Source: Salinivirgaceae bacterium
Lineage (GTDB): Bacteria > Bacteroidota > Bacteroidia > Bacteroidales > SZUA-534
Length of the DNA: 64,000 nt
NCBI GenBank assembly: GCA_024405635.1
Contig: JAKSOL010000009.1
Location: forward strand, 15,022-79,021
Direction of reading: 5' to 3'
Shown here piece by piece: positions 48,494 to 58,024 of this stretch (its first letter is position 1; each line of letters begins with the position of its first letter). The notes under the pieces were generated by a model that saw only the letters and a program-made list of their open reading frames with translations, was not told where the DNA came from and did not search any database. The position numbers and the translations under genes are program-made.

Positions 48494-48612
48494 AATAAAA
48501 AAAGCGAGACGGAAAACCGTCACGCCCCAAACCATTTATATGAAAAAAAACTATCTCCGAAGAAACTCTTTAGGGAACCTTAACTTTACGTTTCGTATCC
48601 CCTTGTTTTCTG
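48494..48612 (-). ncRNA. candidate small RNA of about 115 nt (unclassified), bounded by a TAnnTTTG-type -7 box and an intrinsic terminator
   Basis: On the minus strand, TATATTTG lies at 48623-48616. Downstream are stems GGGGAT/GTTCCC and GTTTC-UUCG-GAGAT, then the terminator GCGTGACGG-TTTT-CCGTCTCGC followed by TTTTTTTATTTTC (48525-48494). No minus-strand gene lies downstream. Confidence 0.35.
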
Positions 48613-48785
48613 AGACAAATATACGGCGACATTAAACACCCACCTATAAAAGATTTATACGCTAACGTTTGCATAAATTCTATTTAACAATAATCTTTTA
48701 GCAAAACCCACTGATTTGCAAGTAGTTGCACTAATGCAAACGTGCGCATAAAAAGTTGCATAAACCAAAACGAAAAACATACAAA

Positions 48786-49187
48786 ATGAGCACACCATTT
48801 GAATTAACCATGAAAGTACGCGACTACGAGTGCGATATGGAAGGCATTGTGAACAACGCAGTGTACCAAAACTACCTTGAGCATACACGTCACGAAATGA
48901 TTTTGTCGCGTGGCATAAGTTTTGCCGAACTTGTTGAACAACAAATACATGTTGTAGTTGCACGCGCCGACATTCGCTACAAATCGCCTTTGCGTAGCCG
49001 CGACGAATTTGTTGTTACTTGCAGCGCCAGAGTTGAAGGTTTGAAAATATTTTTTGATCAAGAAGTGCGACAACTACCCGACCGCAAACTTTGCGTTCAA
49101 GCAACTTTCACTTGCGCAGCTTTGGTAAATGGTCGGTTGGCAGCAATTCCTGAGCTAACCAACAAACTAATTGATGTCGCTGATTGA
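48786..49187 (+). CDS. acyl-CoA thioesterase (4HBT/YbgC-like hotdog fold)
   Basis: MSTPFELTMKVRDYECDMEGIVNNAVYQNYLEHTRHE is typical of YbgC/FadM-type thioesterases. ATG 48786 is preferred over the TTG track start. Confidence 0.8.
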   Translation: MSTPFELTMKVRDYECDMEGIVNNAVYQNYLEHTRHEMILSRGISFAELVEQQIHVVVARADIRYKSPLRSRDEFVVTCSARVEGLKIFFDQEVRQLPDRKLCVQATFTCAALVNGRLAAIPELTNKLIDVAD

Positions 49188-49827
49188 CATACATACACAC
49201 TCGCCCAAGGACTGTATTTGTTTGGTTAACCACAACAATTGGGAAACCGAGCCTGCACTTCCGTTTTGTTCGGCTGGAATTCATCCGTGGGACATTGATA
49301 AAACCGACATTGACCTTGCCTTAAAACAACTTGACCTTTGGGCAAAAAAAGGAACCATTGCCGCCATTGGCGAAATTGGCATTGACCACTGCATAAAAAC
49401 ATCAACACAGTTGCAACTTGATGTCTTTTTACGTCAAGCTGAAATTGCTAATCAATACAAATTGCCTTGCATAATTCATTGTGTTAAAGCTTATTCCGAT
49501 TTTGAATCGATACTAAAACAAAATCCAGCACACACACCTTGGATTTTTCACGGATTTGCATCATCGACGCAAATGGCAAGCAGCATTACTCAAAAAGGAT
49601 GTTACATTTCAATTGGACATAAAGTTCTAAAAAACACCAACTTACAAAACGTAATTAAACACATACAACACAACAAATTGTTTTTTGAAACCGACGAAAG
49701 CGCAACAAACATCAAAGAGATTTACAACCTTTGCGCTCAGTTGCTCGAAATTAGCATTGACCAACTTGAAGAAATAATTTACAACAACCTACAAACTGTA
49801 TTCGGCAATGGAAAGAAATTGGCTTGA
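49171..49827 (+). CDS. TatD family metal-dependent hydrolase
   Basis: IDIHTH, GEIGIDH, IIHCV and FETD motifs. 17-nt overlap with the thioesterase gene. Confidence 0.8.
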   Translation: MMSLIDIHTHSPKDCICLVNHNNWETEPALPFCSAGIHPWDIDKTDIDLALKQLDLWAKKGTIAAIGEIGIDHCIKTSTQLQLDVFLRQAEIANQYKLPCIIHCVKAYSDFESILKQNPAHTPWIFHGFASSTQMASSITQKGCYISIGHKVLKNTNLQNVIKHIQHNKLFFETDESATNIKEIYNLCAQLLEISIDQLEEIIYNNLQTVFGNGKKLA

Positions 49828-50533
49828 ACGCACCGAATTGTTAATTGGCAAAGAAAAACTGCAAGCGTTAACAACTAAGCACGTTTTAATTGTAGGTCTT
49901 GGCGGTGTTGGTGCCTATGCAGCCGAAAGCATTACACGCGCTGGCATTGGCGAACTTACCATTGTTGACGGCGACAGCCTTAACATCAGCAATATAAACC
50001 GACAATTGCCCGCACTGCATAGCACCATTGGTATGCCCAAAGCCGAAGTTATGGCAAACCGATTGCGTGATATTAATCCCGAATTGAAACTCCACGTAAT
50101 AAACTCGTATATAAAAGACGACGAAATGATTGACCTGCTCAACAACAAATACGACTATGTTGTTGATGCAATTGACACAATTTCGCCAAAACTTTTCCTA
50201 ATAATACACTGTGTAAACCGCAACCTACCCATTGTAAGTTGCATGGGCGCAGGCGGTCGCCTAAATCCCGCTTTGGTTCAAGTGGCCGACATAAGCAAAA
50301 GCTACAACTGCACACTTGCCCGCGCCATTCGCAAGCGATTGCATCAACACGGAATAAACAAAGGCATAAGAGTTGTATTCTCGTCGGAAAAGGTTGACAA
50401 AGCCGTTGTGCAAGAGGTTGAAAACGAACAAAACAAGAAAACAACCGTTGGCACCATTTCGTACATGACGGCAATATTTGGATTGTATTGCGCAGCCGAG
50501 GTAATTCAGAATTTGCTTGCCTCTGAAAATTAG
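49808..50533 (+). CDS. tcdA: tRNA threonylcarbamoyladenosine dehydratase (ThiF/MoeB-like E1 fold)
   Basis: VLIVGLGGVGAYAAESITRAGIGELTIVDGDSLNISNINRQ plus family-typical length. Confidence 0.85.
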   Translation: MERNWLERTELLIGKEKLQALTTKHVLIVGLGGVGAYAAESITRAGIGELTIVDGDSLNISNINRQLPALHSTIGMPKAEVMANRLRDINPELKLHVINSYIKDDEMIDLLNNKYDYVVDAIDTISPKLFLIIHCVNRNLPIVSCMGAGGRLNPALVQVADISKSYNCTLARAIRKRLHQHGINKGIRVVFSSEKVDKAVVQEVENEQNKKTTVGTISYMTAIFGLYCAAEVIQNLLASEN

Positions 50534-50538
50534 CAGCA

Positions 50539-51567
50539 CTATCCTTTTTTCTTCTCAAGCAACTCTTTTGTCGATAACAAACCGCACGCAGCTTGAATAT
50601 CTTGTCCGCGCGATGCTCGTATTGTTGTAAGCAGTCCACGTGCATTAAGCGCATCTTTAAACTCTTGCATTCGTTGGTCAGAACTGCCACGGAAAGGGCT
50701 GTTTGGAATGTCGTGAAAATGAATAAGATTTACTCTGCAATCAATTCCATTTAGCAATCGCACAAGCTCAGCAACATGCTTTGGAGTATCGTTTAATCCA
50801 TCAAACATAATGTACTCAAACGACACGCGGCGCTGAGGTTCAAATTTGTAACCACGAATTTTCTCAATCACTTGCTCAATGCCGTATGCTTTTTCAACAG
50901 GCATCATCTGGCTTCGTTGCGCAGCAATAGGATTGTGCAAGCTAACAGCCAAGTGGCACTTGCTTTTTTGCAAAAACTCCATCATTCCCGGAATAACGCC
51001 AACAGTTGATACTGTAATACGTTTGGAACTCATTGCATAACCCCAATCCGAAGTTAGCACCTCAAGAGCCGACATTACTTCAGCTAGATTATCGAATGGT
51101 TCGCCCATGCCCATAAAAACAAGGTTCGATACTTGCTCAAACTCATCGATGCTACGAATTTGGTTCAATATTTCGGTGGCTGTAAGGCTAGCTTGAAAAC
51201 CTTGCTTGGCTGTCATACAAAAATGGCAACCCATTTTGCATCCAACTTGCGACGACACACAAACCGTGCGGCGATCGTCGTCGGGAATCATTGCCGTTTC
51301 AATAAAATTGTTGTTAAGCGCTGCAAACAAATACTTGCGAGTACCATCAACACTTTGCTGAACTTTCAAATACGGCTGCAATCCAACTTCGTAATTCAAC
51401 TTTAGTTTTTCGCGACCTTGTTTTGAAATATTACTGAAATCGTCAATTGAAGTTGCATGTTTTTTATAAAGCCAATCGGCCATTTGTTTTGCAGCAAACG
51501 ATGGCAGTCCAACTTGCACTGCCACTTCCTTCAGTTGATTAAGAGTAAAGCCAAAAAGCGATTGCAT
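50539..51567 (-). CDS. rlmN: 23S rRNA/tRNA (adenine-C2)-methyltransferase, radical SAM
   Basis: GCKMGCHFCMT CxxxCxxC cluster, GMGEP, and C-terminal GQDIQAACGLL. ATG 51567 is preferred over TTG 51591. Confidence 0.92.
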   Translation of the reverse strand: MQSLFGFTLNQLKEVAVQVGLPSFAAKQMADWLYKKHATSIDDFSNISKQGREKLKLNYEVGLQPYLKVQQSVDGTRKYLFAALNNNFIETAMIPDDDRRTVCVSSQVGCKMGCHFCMTAKQGFQASLTATEILNQIRSIDEFEQVSNLVFMGMGEPFDNLAEVMSALEVLTSDWGYAMSSKRITVSTVGVIPGMMEFLQKSKCHLAVSLHNPIAAQRSQMMPVEKAYGIEQVIEKIRGYKFEPQRRVSFEYIMFDGLNDTPKHVAELVRLLNGIDCRVNLIHFHDIPNSPFRGSSDQRMQEFKDALNARGLLTTIRASRGQDIQAACGLLSTKELLEKKKG

Positions 51568-51748
51568 AATGCCATTTTTAGTGTGGCACAAAAGTAAACT
51601 TTATTTTGCCTTTGCACATGCATTACTAAGTTGGTGTTTTAGTTTGCTTTATCGGCAGCATCTGAGTGGTTGTGTGGGCATTTTTTCTATTTTAGGCGAA
51701 AAAACTCCACATTGAGTTTTGTTGTTGAAAACGATGTTTTACCAACTT

Positions 51749-54700
51749 ATGAAAAAATTATTGCTGATAGCGGCCACTCTACTTGCAATTGCTTGTCATG
51801 GCCAGACATATAAATTATTTACTGCCAATAACGAACTGACAAACAGCATAGTAAATTGCATACTGCAAGACAGTTTTGGCAAGATATGGATAGCAACCGA
51901 AAGCGGACTAAACTGCTACGATGGAAATAAATTTATCCATTTTACCCACTCAGAAGATAGTAATTCGCTATGCAACAACAATGTTCAAGTGGTTTACGAG
52001 GATCAATACGGGCGTTTGCTTATTGGCACACAACGCGGTTTGCAAATTCTTGACCGCAAAACAAACAAGTTCACAAATGTTGGAACCCGACAGGTTTACA
52101 ACAACTCAAACAACACAAATCCAAGCATACACGTAACTAGCATCATTGAACGCAAAAACGGCGAGATTTTAGTTGCCACTTCGGGCTATGGTTTGTTTGT
52201 ACTAACCAACGACAACGGTACACCTATAAACCGCAGTTACGCTCCGCAACAAACCCCAACAATGTTTTTAAGCAAACTATTTGAAGACCGCCATAAAAAC
52301 ATTTGGATAGCAACCGAAGGAAAAGGTCTTTTTAGATTTGGAGCAAACGGCGGACAAAAAGCATTTTTTACCGACAACGAAAATGTTTGGCAATCAATAA
52401 CCAACATTATAGAAGATAAAAATGGGAATCTTTATGTAGGAGCAAACGGATTGTATAGGCTCAACTCAAAAACCGATGAATTTGACGAAGTTACAGGCGA
52501 CAAAAAAACTCCTATTAAATCCATATTCCTATCGGATAGCTTAATATACTTGGGCACTATAGGTCACGGACTAAAGATTTTTAACATAAACACACAAAAG
52601 CTACTGCGCGATAAAATAAACGTTACCGCCTTTGACTTTTACAAATCGGAAATAAGTTGCATAACCCGCGACCGCAACGGCAGCATTTGGCTAGGCATTG
52701 ATACAAAAGGCGCCATGGTTTTGCCTGAAGAAACTTCGGGATTTGGTTACATTGGATATCAGTCAAGATCTCGTAACATTATTGGATCAAACAGCGTGAT
52801 GTCGGTTCTTAAATCAACCGATGGCACGCTTTGGGTTGGAACAGCCAACGATGGGTTATACAGAATTTCTGTCAACCGAAAAGTTACACACTACGAACCT
52901 TCAGCAACTATGCCATCAACCATTTTGGCAATATTTGAAGATAGCCGGCACAGGCTTTGGCTTGGCTCGTTGCAAGATGGTGCCGTTAGGTTTGATACTA
53001 ACACTGGACTCACAAAACGCATCAATCTGCGCGACAACAAGAACAATAACGTACGCCACGTGCCTCATTTTGCCGAGTACAACAACCAAATATTCATTAA
53101 CGTTGTTGGCGGTGGTTTGTATTCTGTTAATATGCTAACTGACGAAATTTACTGCTATCCAACCGTTAAAAATGGCTACGAGTTTCGTCGAAACCTCAAC
53201 ATTTTACCAAACCGATGGATTCAAACCACTATGGTTTCAAGCAGCGGAAAACTATACATTGGTACTTTTGACGGGCTTGGCTGCCTCGACATCAATTCAA
53301 ACAATTTTGTTTCAACTTATGGTGTAAATAGCTTGTTTGCTGAAAACATAGTAAACTCTCTTTACGAGGACAAGAGCGGAATAATTTGGGTAGGCACCAA
53401 CAACGGCATTATTCGTTTGAACGAAAAAAACGGTGAGTATCATCGATTTACAACTGCCGACGGGTTGCCAAACGACAAAATATGCGCCATTACGGGCGAT
53501 GCCAACAACAACCTATGGATTAGTACCGCAAACGGATTATCGTGCTTTTCAATTGAAAACGAAACATTTGTAAACTACTTTGCTGGCGACGGCTTGCAAG
53601 GCAACGAATTTAGCACTGGAGCTGTAACCACATGGGGCAACCAAATTCTATTTGGCGGCACAAACGGCATTTCGTTTTTTGAACCCAAACAAATTACCGA
53701 ATACGAGAAAAAGCCTGACGTAACAATTGTTGATTTTTACATTAACAATCAGCCTGTTATGATTGGAACCAAATCGGGCCGACACAATGTGATAAATACT
53801 TACGTTCAGCAAGCCGACACTTTTATGCTCAACTACCAAGACAATAGTTTTAGCATCGAATTTTCGGCTATGGATTTTTGCCACCCCGACCGCATCTTGT
53901 ACCAATACTCGCTAAACAATGGCGATTGGATTAAACTACGTCAAGGCGAAAGCCGCGCACAATTTACTGGCATGGCGCCTGGAGTTTACTCTTTCAAAGT
54001 CAAAGCTGTTGATTACGGAAACGAGTCCGATGTTCGCCAAATAACCGTCATCATATCGCCAGCTTGGTACAAGTCAACTCTTGCTATTTTGCTTTACTGC
54101 TTAGCATTTATTGCAATTGTAATATTCACCATCAAAGGAATAAACCAAAGACACAAAGTGCAATTGCAAATACAAGAGCACATTCACACCAAGCAAATTG
54201 ACGAGGCTAAGTTGCAGTTCTTTATAAACATTTCGCACGAAATACGCACACCAATGTCGTTGGTTATGAGCCCATTGCAAACGCTTATGAGTTCCGACAC
54301 ATCGCCCGAGCATCAACGTTTGTACAAAGTTATTTACCGCAACTCGCAACGCATTTTACGACTCATAAACCAACTTATGGACTTGCGCAAAATTGACAAG
54401 GGACAAATGGCCTTAATTTTTCGCGAAACGGAAATGGTTGGCTTTTTGCAAGACCTTTGCGACATTTTTGAACAACAAGCCGAAGACAAAAACATTGACT
54501 TTAGCTTTCAACACAGCATGCCCGAACTCAATACTTGGGTCGATAGCGGAAACTTTGACAAAATTGTGCTGAACCTTATTAGCAACGCGCTAAAATACAC
54601 GCCCGACAATGGCAAAATAACTATTACCCTTAGACAAGGCGAAGACAAAACGGTAAATACACCGTTGAAAAATTACTTTGAAATTGAAGTGGCCGACAAT

Positions 54701-55825
54701 GGCATCGGCATAAAAGAAGAAGAACGCGAACACATTTTTGAACGCTTTTACCAGATTAACAACGGCAACAATAGCCACATTGGCACTGGCGTTGGTTTAC
54801 ATCTTACACGCTCGCTTGTTGAACTTCACTATGGTACCATATCGGTAGCAGCTGGCGAAAACGGCTGCGGCAGCATTTTTACTGTGCGCTTGCCACTTGG
54901 CAATGCTCACCTACCACAATCGGCCATCGATGCCAACGAGTATGAAAACTCATGGGCTCAAACCGAACAACCTAAATTAGAACTATCAGCCAACGACAAT
55001 GATGATACTCAAGAAAACAACTCAACCCGCAAACCTCGTGTGCTGATTGCTGAAGATGACGAAGAAATTCGCAAATACATTAGCCACGAATTCGCAAAAT
55101 TCTACAATGTAATTGAGTGCGAAAACGGTAAAGACGCATTGTCTAGCATTCTTCTCAAAACCCCCGATTTGGTAATAAGCGACATAATGATGCCTGAAAT
55201 GGACGGAATTAGCCTATGTCAAAAAATAAAACAAAACATTAACGTTAACCACACTCCTGTTGTTTTGCTTACCGCCAAAGTTCGCGACGAAGACCGCATG
55301 GAAGCAATGGACGCCGACGCCGATGCTTATATAACCAAGCCTTTTAATATTGAAATACTGAAAAAGACAGTTGACAACCTAATTAGAAACCGCAGGCAGC
55401 TGCGCAACGTGTACAGTGGACAACAAACTCAATCCGACAATCAGCAAAATGCTGGAGTTCAAACACCTGACGAAAAATTGCTTGAACGAGTTTTGAAAGT
55501 GATTAACGAAAATTTGAGCAACCCACGACTCAACATTGAAATGATATCGCAACAAGTTGGAATAAGCCGAGTTCACCTATACCGAAAAATGAAAGAACTC
55601 ACCAACCAGTCAACTAGCGACTACATTCGCAATGCTCGCCTTAAAATGGCAGCACAGATGCTTCGACAAAAGAACTACCCTATTGCCGAAATTGCCGCAC
55701 TTACTGGATTTAACAACCCAAACAACTTTTCAACCATTTTCAAAGAAATGTACGGAGTTCCACCATCAGTTTACGCCAATTCAACCGATACCGACAACTC
55801 CAACACAGACGACAAAACAATCTGA
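51749..55825 (+). CDS. hybrid two-component system sensor kinase/response regulator with AraC-type output (HTCS)
   Basis: Signal peptide, then periplasmic beta-propeller repeats (IWIATESGL, IWVGTNNGI, LWISTANGL), a Y_Y_Y region, a TM helix, HisKA (FFINISHEIRTP), HATPase (DNGIGI..GTGVGL), a receiver (VLIAEDDEE...DIMMPEMDG) and a C-terminal AraC HTH. Confidence 0.92.
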   Translation: MKKLLLIAATLLAIACHGQTYKLFTANNELTNSIVNCILQDSFGKIWIATESGLNCYDGNKFIHFTHSEDSNSLCNNNVQVVYEDQYGRLLIGTQRGLQILDRKTNKFTNVGTRQVYNNSNNTNPSIHVTSIIERKNGEILVATSGYGLFVLTNDNGTPINRSYAPQQTPTMFLSKLFEDRHKNIWIATEGKGLFRFGANGGQKAFFTDNENVWQSITNIIEDKNGNLYVGANGLYRLNSKTDEFDEVTGDKKTPIKSIFLSDSLIYLGTIGHGLKIFNINTQKLLRDKINVTAFDFYKSEISCITRDRNGSIWLGIDTKGAMVLPEETSGFGYIGYQSRSRNIIGSNSVMSVLKSTDGTLWVGTANDGLYRISVNRKVTHYEPSATMPSTILAIFEDSRHRLWLGSLQDGAVRFDTNTGLTKRINLRDNKNNNVRHVPHFAEYNNQIFINVVGGGLYSVNMLTDEIYCYPTVKNGYEFRRNLNILPNRWIQTTMVSSSGKLYIGTFDGLGCLDINSNNFVSTYGVNSLFAENIVNSLYEDKSGIIWVGTNNGIIRLNEKNGEYHRFTTADGLPNDKICAITGDANNNLWISTANGLSCFSIENETFVNYFAGDGLQGNEFSTGAVTTWGNQILFGGTNGISFFEPKQITEYEKKPDVTIVDFYINNQPVMIGTKSGRHNVINTYVQQADTFMLNYQDNSFSIEFSAMDFCHPDRILYQYSLNNGDWIKLRQGESRAQFTGMAPGVYSFKVKAVDYGNESDVRQITVIISPAWYKSTLAILLYCLAFIAIVIFTIKGINQRHKVQLQIQEHIHTKQIDEAKLQFFINISHEIRTPMSLVMSPLQTLMSSDTSPEHQRLYKVIYRNSQRILRLINQLMDLRKIDKGQMALIFRETEMVGFLQDLCDIFEQQAEDKNIDFSFQHSMPELNTWVDSGNFDKIVLNLISNALKYTPDNGKITITLRQGEDKTVNTPLKNYFEIEVADNGIGIKEEEREHIFERFYQINNGNNSHIGTGVGLHLTRSLVELHYGTISVAAGENGCGSIFTVRLPLGNAHLPQSAIDANEYENSWAQTEQPKLELSANDNDDTQENNSTRKPRVLIAEDDEEIRKYISHEFAKFYNVIECENGKDALSSILLKTPDLVISDIMMPEMDGISLCQKIKQNINVNHTPVVLLTAKVRDEDRMEAMDADADAYITKPFNIEILKKTVDNLIRNRRQLRNVYSGQQTQSDNQQNAGVQTPDEKLLERVLKVINENLSNPRLNIEMISQQVGISRVHLYRKMKELTNQSTSDYIRNARLKMAAQMLRQKNYPIAEIAALTGFNNPNNFSTIFKEMYGVPPSVYANSTDTDNSNTDDKTI

Positions 55826-55827
55826 TT

Positions 55828-57960
55828 ATGAAACAACTAATAACAATTCTTTTTGCTTGCATAACACTCAACGCATCGGCAAAAGAAGGTATGTGGCTAC
55901 CTTTTTTGCTCGAAAACAACATAGCCGACATGCAAGACTTTGGTTTGCGCCTTTCGGCCGACGACATATACAATATAAACCAAGCTTGCATTAAAGACGC
56001 CATTGTGGGATTTGTACACAACGACTCGCCCTTTTGGCATTTCTGCTCCGGATCTGTTATTTCGGCACAAGGTTTAGTTGTAACAAACCACCACTGCGGG
56101 CTCGATGCAATACGCGCAAACAGCACTCAACACCACAACTATTTAGCCGATGGATTTTGGGCCTCAAACTACGACGAAGAACTACCAGCCGAAGGAATAG
56201 GCATTTGTTTTTTGCGCCGGATGGAAGACGTTACCTCACGCGCACTAAAAGGTGTAACCAAACAAATGGACAGCCAAACACGCAAAAGCATCATCAGCGA
56301 AAACATAAACCAAATAGTTGCCGAGGCTGAACGCGGCACCACCTACAAAGCAAACGTTGACGGATTTTACGAAGACACCGAATTCTATCTTTCGGTTTAC
56401 GAAATATTTACCGACGTTAGAATTGTTGCTGCTCCGCCTATGTCGATAGGCAATTTTGGCGGCGAAACCGACAACTGGATGTGGCCACGCCACACTGGCG
56501 ATTTTTGCATGTTTCGCATCTATGCAAACACCCAAAACCAACCTGCCAAATACTCGCCTAACAACAAACCATACAAACCAATCACTCACCTTAAAATAAG
56601 CACCAAAGGTGTTTCCGAAAACGATTTTGCTATGGTGATGGGATATCCAGCTGTAACAAACGAATACTTGCCAGCTTTTCAACTACAAGCAATTGAACAA
56701 AAAATTGACCCACTTGTTATTGATGCTCGCACACAACTGCTAAACATTATGCGCAGCGAAATGGAAGCCGATGAAACAGTGTTTTTGAAATACGCAAGCA
56801 AAAGGTCGCACATGTCAAATGGCTGGAAAAAGAAAATTGGCGAACGCCGCGGACTGCAAACCCTTAACATTGTTAACCAACGCGCCCACTCCGATAGTTT
56901 ACTAAACGCATGGATTTTAAGCACCGATAGTTTAAAACCATACAAAAACTTAATGGCAACATACCAAAGGCTATACAACATTAGACTTGACTACCAACTT
57001 GCACTGACTTTAATTTCAGAAAGTTTGCTTGCCGCCGAACCTATATACTTAGCCGAAAAGTTTTTAGCGCTAGACGCTTTTGACAAACAATCAGATGCAA
57101 AAAAAATTGCACGCACAATAAATAGTTTGAAAAACGATGCCGACGAAATGTTTGCCGACTACGACCAATCGCTTGACCAACAACTTACACTAACAGCCCT
57201 ACGATTCTACCTTCAGCACACAAACAGCATTTCGCAAGAACTAAAAAAGTTTGACGCAAAGCAACTTGACAAAATGTATGCATCAAGCATTTTTACCGAC
57301 AGCTACCGAATGGCTTCATTTTTAAATTCGTACACTCCAAAAATGAACAAAAAGCTAGAAAAAGACCCTTTCTACGCCATTGCTAAGGAGTGTAACTCTA
57401 TGGTTCAACAACTCAAAATATATCATCAAACCGACAATGCCATCGACTCGCTACAGCAACTTTACTTGATGCTACAAAGGCAATTCGATACTACTCGTGT
57501 CTTTTTCCCCGATGCAAACTCTACATTTCGCGTAAGTTACGGCAAAGTATTAGGCTACACACCAAACGATGGCGTTAGTTACTCTTACGTTACCACACTC
57601 GATGGTGTTATGGAAAAAGTTGGGCAAGGTTCTCACGATTACATGGTGCCTCAAAAACTTCGCTCACTTTACAACTCGCGCAACTACGGACAATATGCCA
57701 TGTCAGATGGGCGTTTGCCAGTCTGCTTCATATCAACTAACCACACTTCAGGCGGCAACTCTGGTAGCGCATCGCTAAATGCCAACGGAGAACTAATAGG
57801 TTTGAACTTTGACCGCGCATGGGACGGCATTGTTAGCGATATGCAATATAATCCAAACATTTGCCGAAATATTACTGTTGACATTCGCTACGTTCTTTTT
57901 CTTATCGAAAAACTTGGAGAAGCAACTTGGTTGATAGACGAAATGGACTTTGCCAAATAA
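55828..57960 (+). CDS. S46 family dipeptidyl-peptidase (DPP7/DPP11-like)
   Basis: Signal peptide followed by KEGMWLP, TNHHCG (His), and SGGNSGS (catalytic Ser) near the C-terminus. Starts 2 nt after the HTCS stop. Confidence 0.9.
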   Translation: MKQLITILFACITLNASAKEGMWLPFLLENNIADMQDFGLRLSADDIYNINQACIKDAIVGFVHNDSPFWHFCSGSVISAQGLVVTNHHCGLDAIRANSTQHHNYLADGFWASNYDEELPAEGIGICFLRRMEDVTSRALKGVTKQMDSQTRKSIISENINQIVAEAERGTTYKANVDGFYEDTEFYLSVYEIFTDVRIVAAPPMSIGNFGGETDNWMWPRHTGDFCMFRIYANTQNQPAKYSPNNKPYKPITHLKISTKGVSENDFAMVMGYPAVTNEYLPAFQLQAIEQKIDPLVIDARTQLLNIMRSEMEADETVFLKYASKRSHMSNGWKKKIGERRGLQTLNIVNQRAHSDSLLNAWILSTDSLKPYKNLMATYQRLYNIRLDYQLALTLISESLLAAEPIYLAEKFLALDAFDKQSDAKKIARTINSLKNDADEMFADYDQSLDQQLTLTALRFYLQHTNSISQELKKFDAKQLDKMYASSIFTDSYRMASFLNSYTPKMNKKLEKDPFYAIAKECNSMVQQLKIYHQTDNAIDSLQQLYLMLQRQFDTTRVFFPDANSTFRVSYGKVLGYTPNDGVSYSYVTTLDGVMEKVGQGSHDYMVPQKLRSLYNSRNYGQYAMSDGRLPVCFISTNHTSGGNSGSASLNANGELIGLNFDRAWDGIVSDMQYNPNICRNITVDIRYVLFLIEKLGEATWLIDEMDFAK

Positions 57961-57978
57961 AACCGCACCTAAACAAAT

Positions 57979-58010
57979 AAGGCCCACCCAATTGGTGAGC
58001 CTTTATTTAT
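57979..58010 (+). terminator. terminator between convergent genes
   Basis: Stem AAGGCCCACC / GGTGAGCCTT (one mismatch) followed by TATTTAT. Confidence 0.55.
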
Positions 58011-58024
58011 ATTAAGCCAACTAC

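Noticed and set aside
48489-48632. Very basic 48-codon plus-strand ORF (MKIKKARRKTVTPQTIYMKKNYLRRN...) in the TSUP-thioesterase gap, considered as a possible small ribosomal-protein-like gene.
   Set aside because: It does not match bL34, bL36 or other small ribosomal proteins I can recall. Its basic character follows from the A-rich sequence, and the terminator hairpin sits inside it. It is kept only as an alternative to the sRNA hypothesis.
50139-50690. 183-aa minus-strand ORF spanning the tcdA 3' end and the rlmN 3' end.
   Set aside because: It runs antisense through tcdA and out of frame into rlmN. The product is Cys/Arg/Leu-rich nonsense, and both real genes are well supported.
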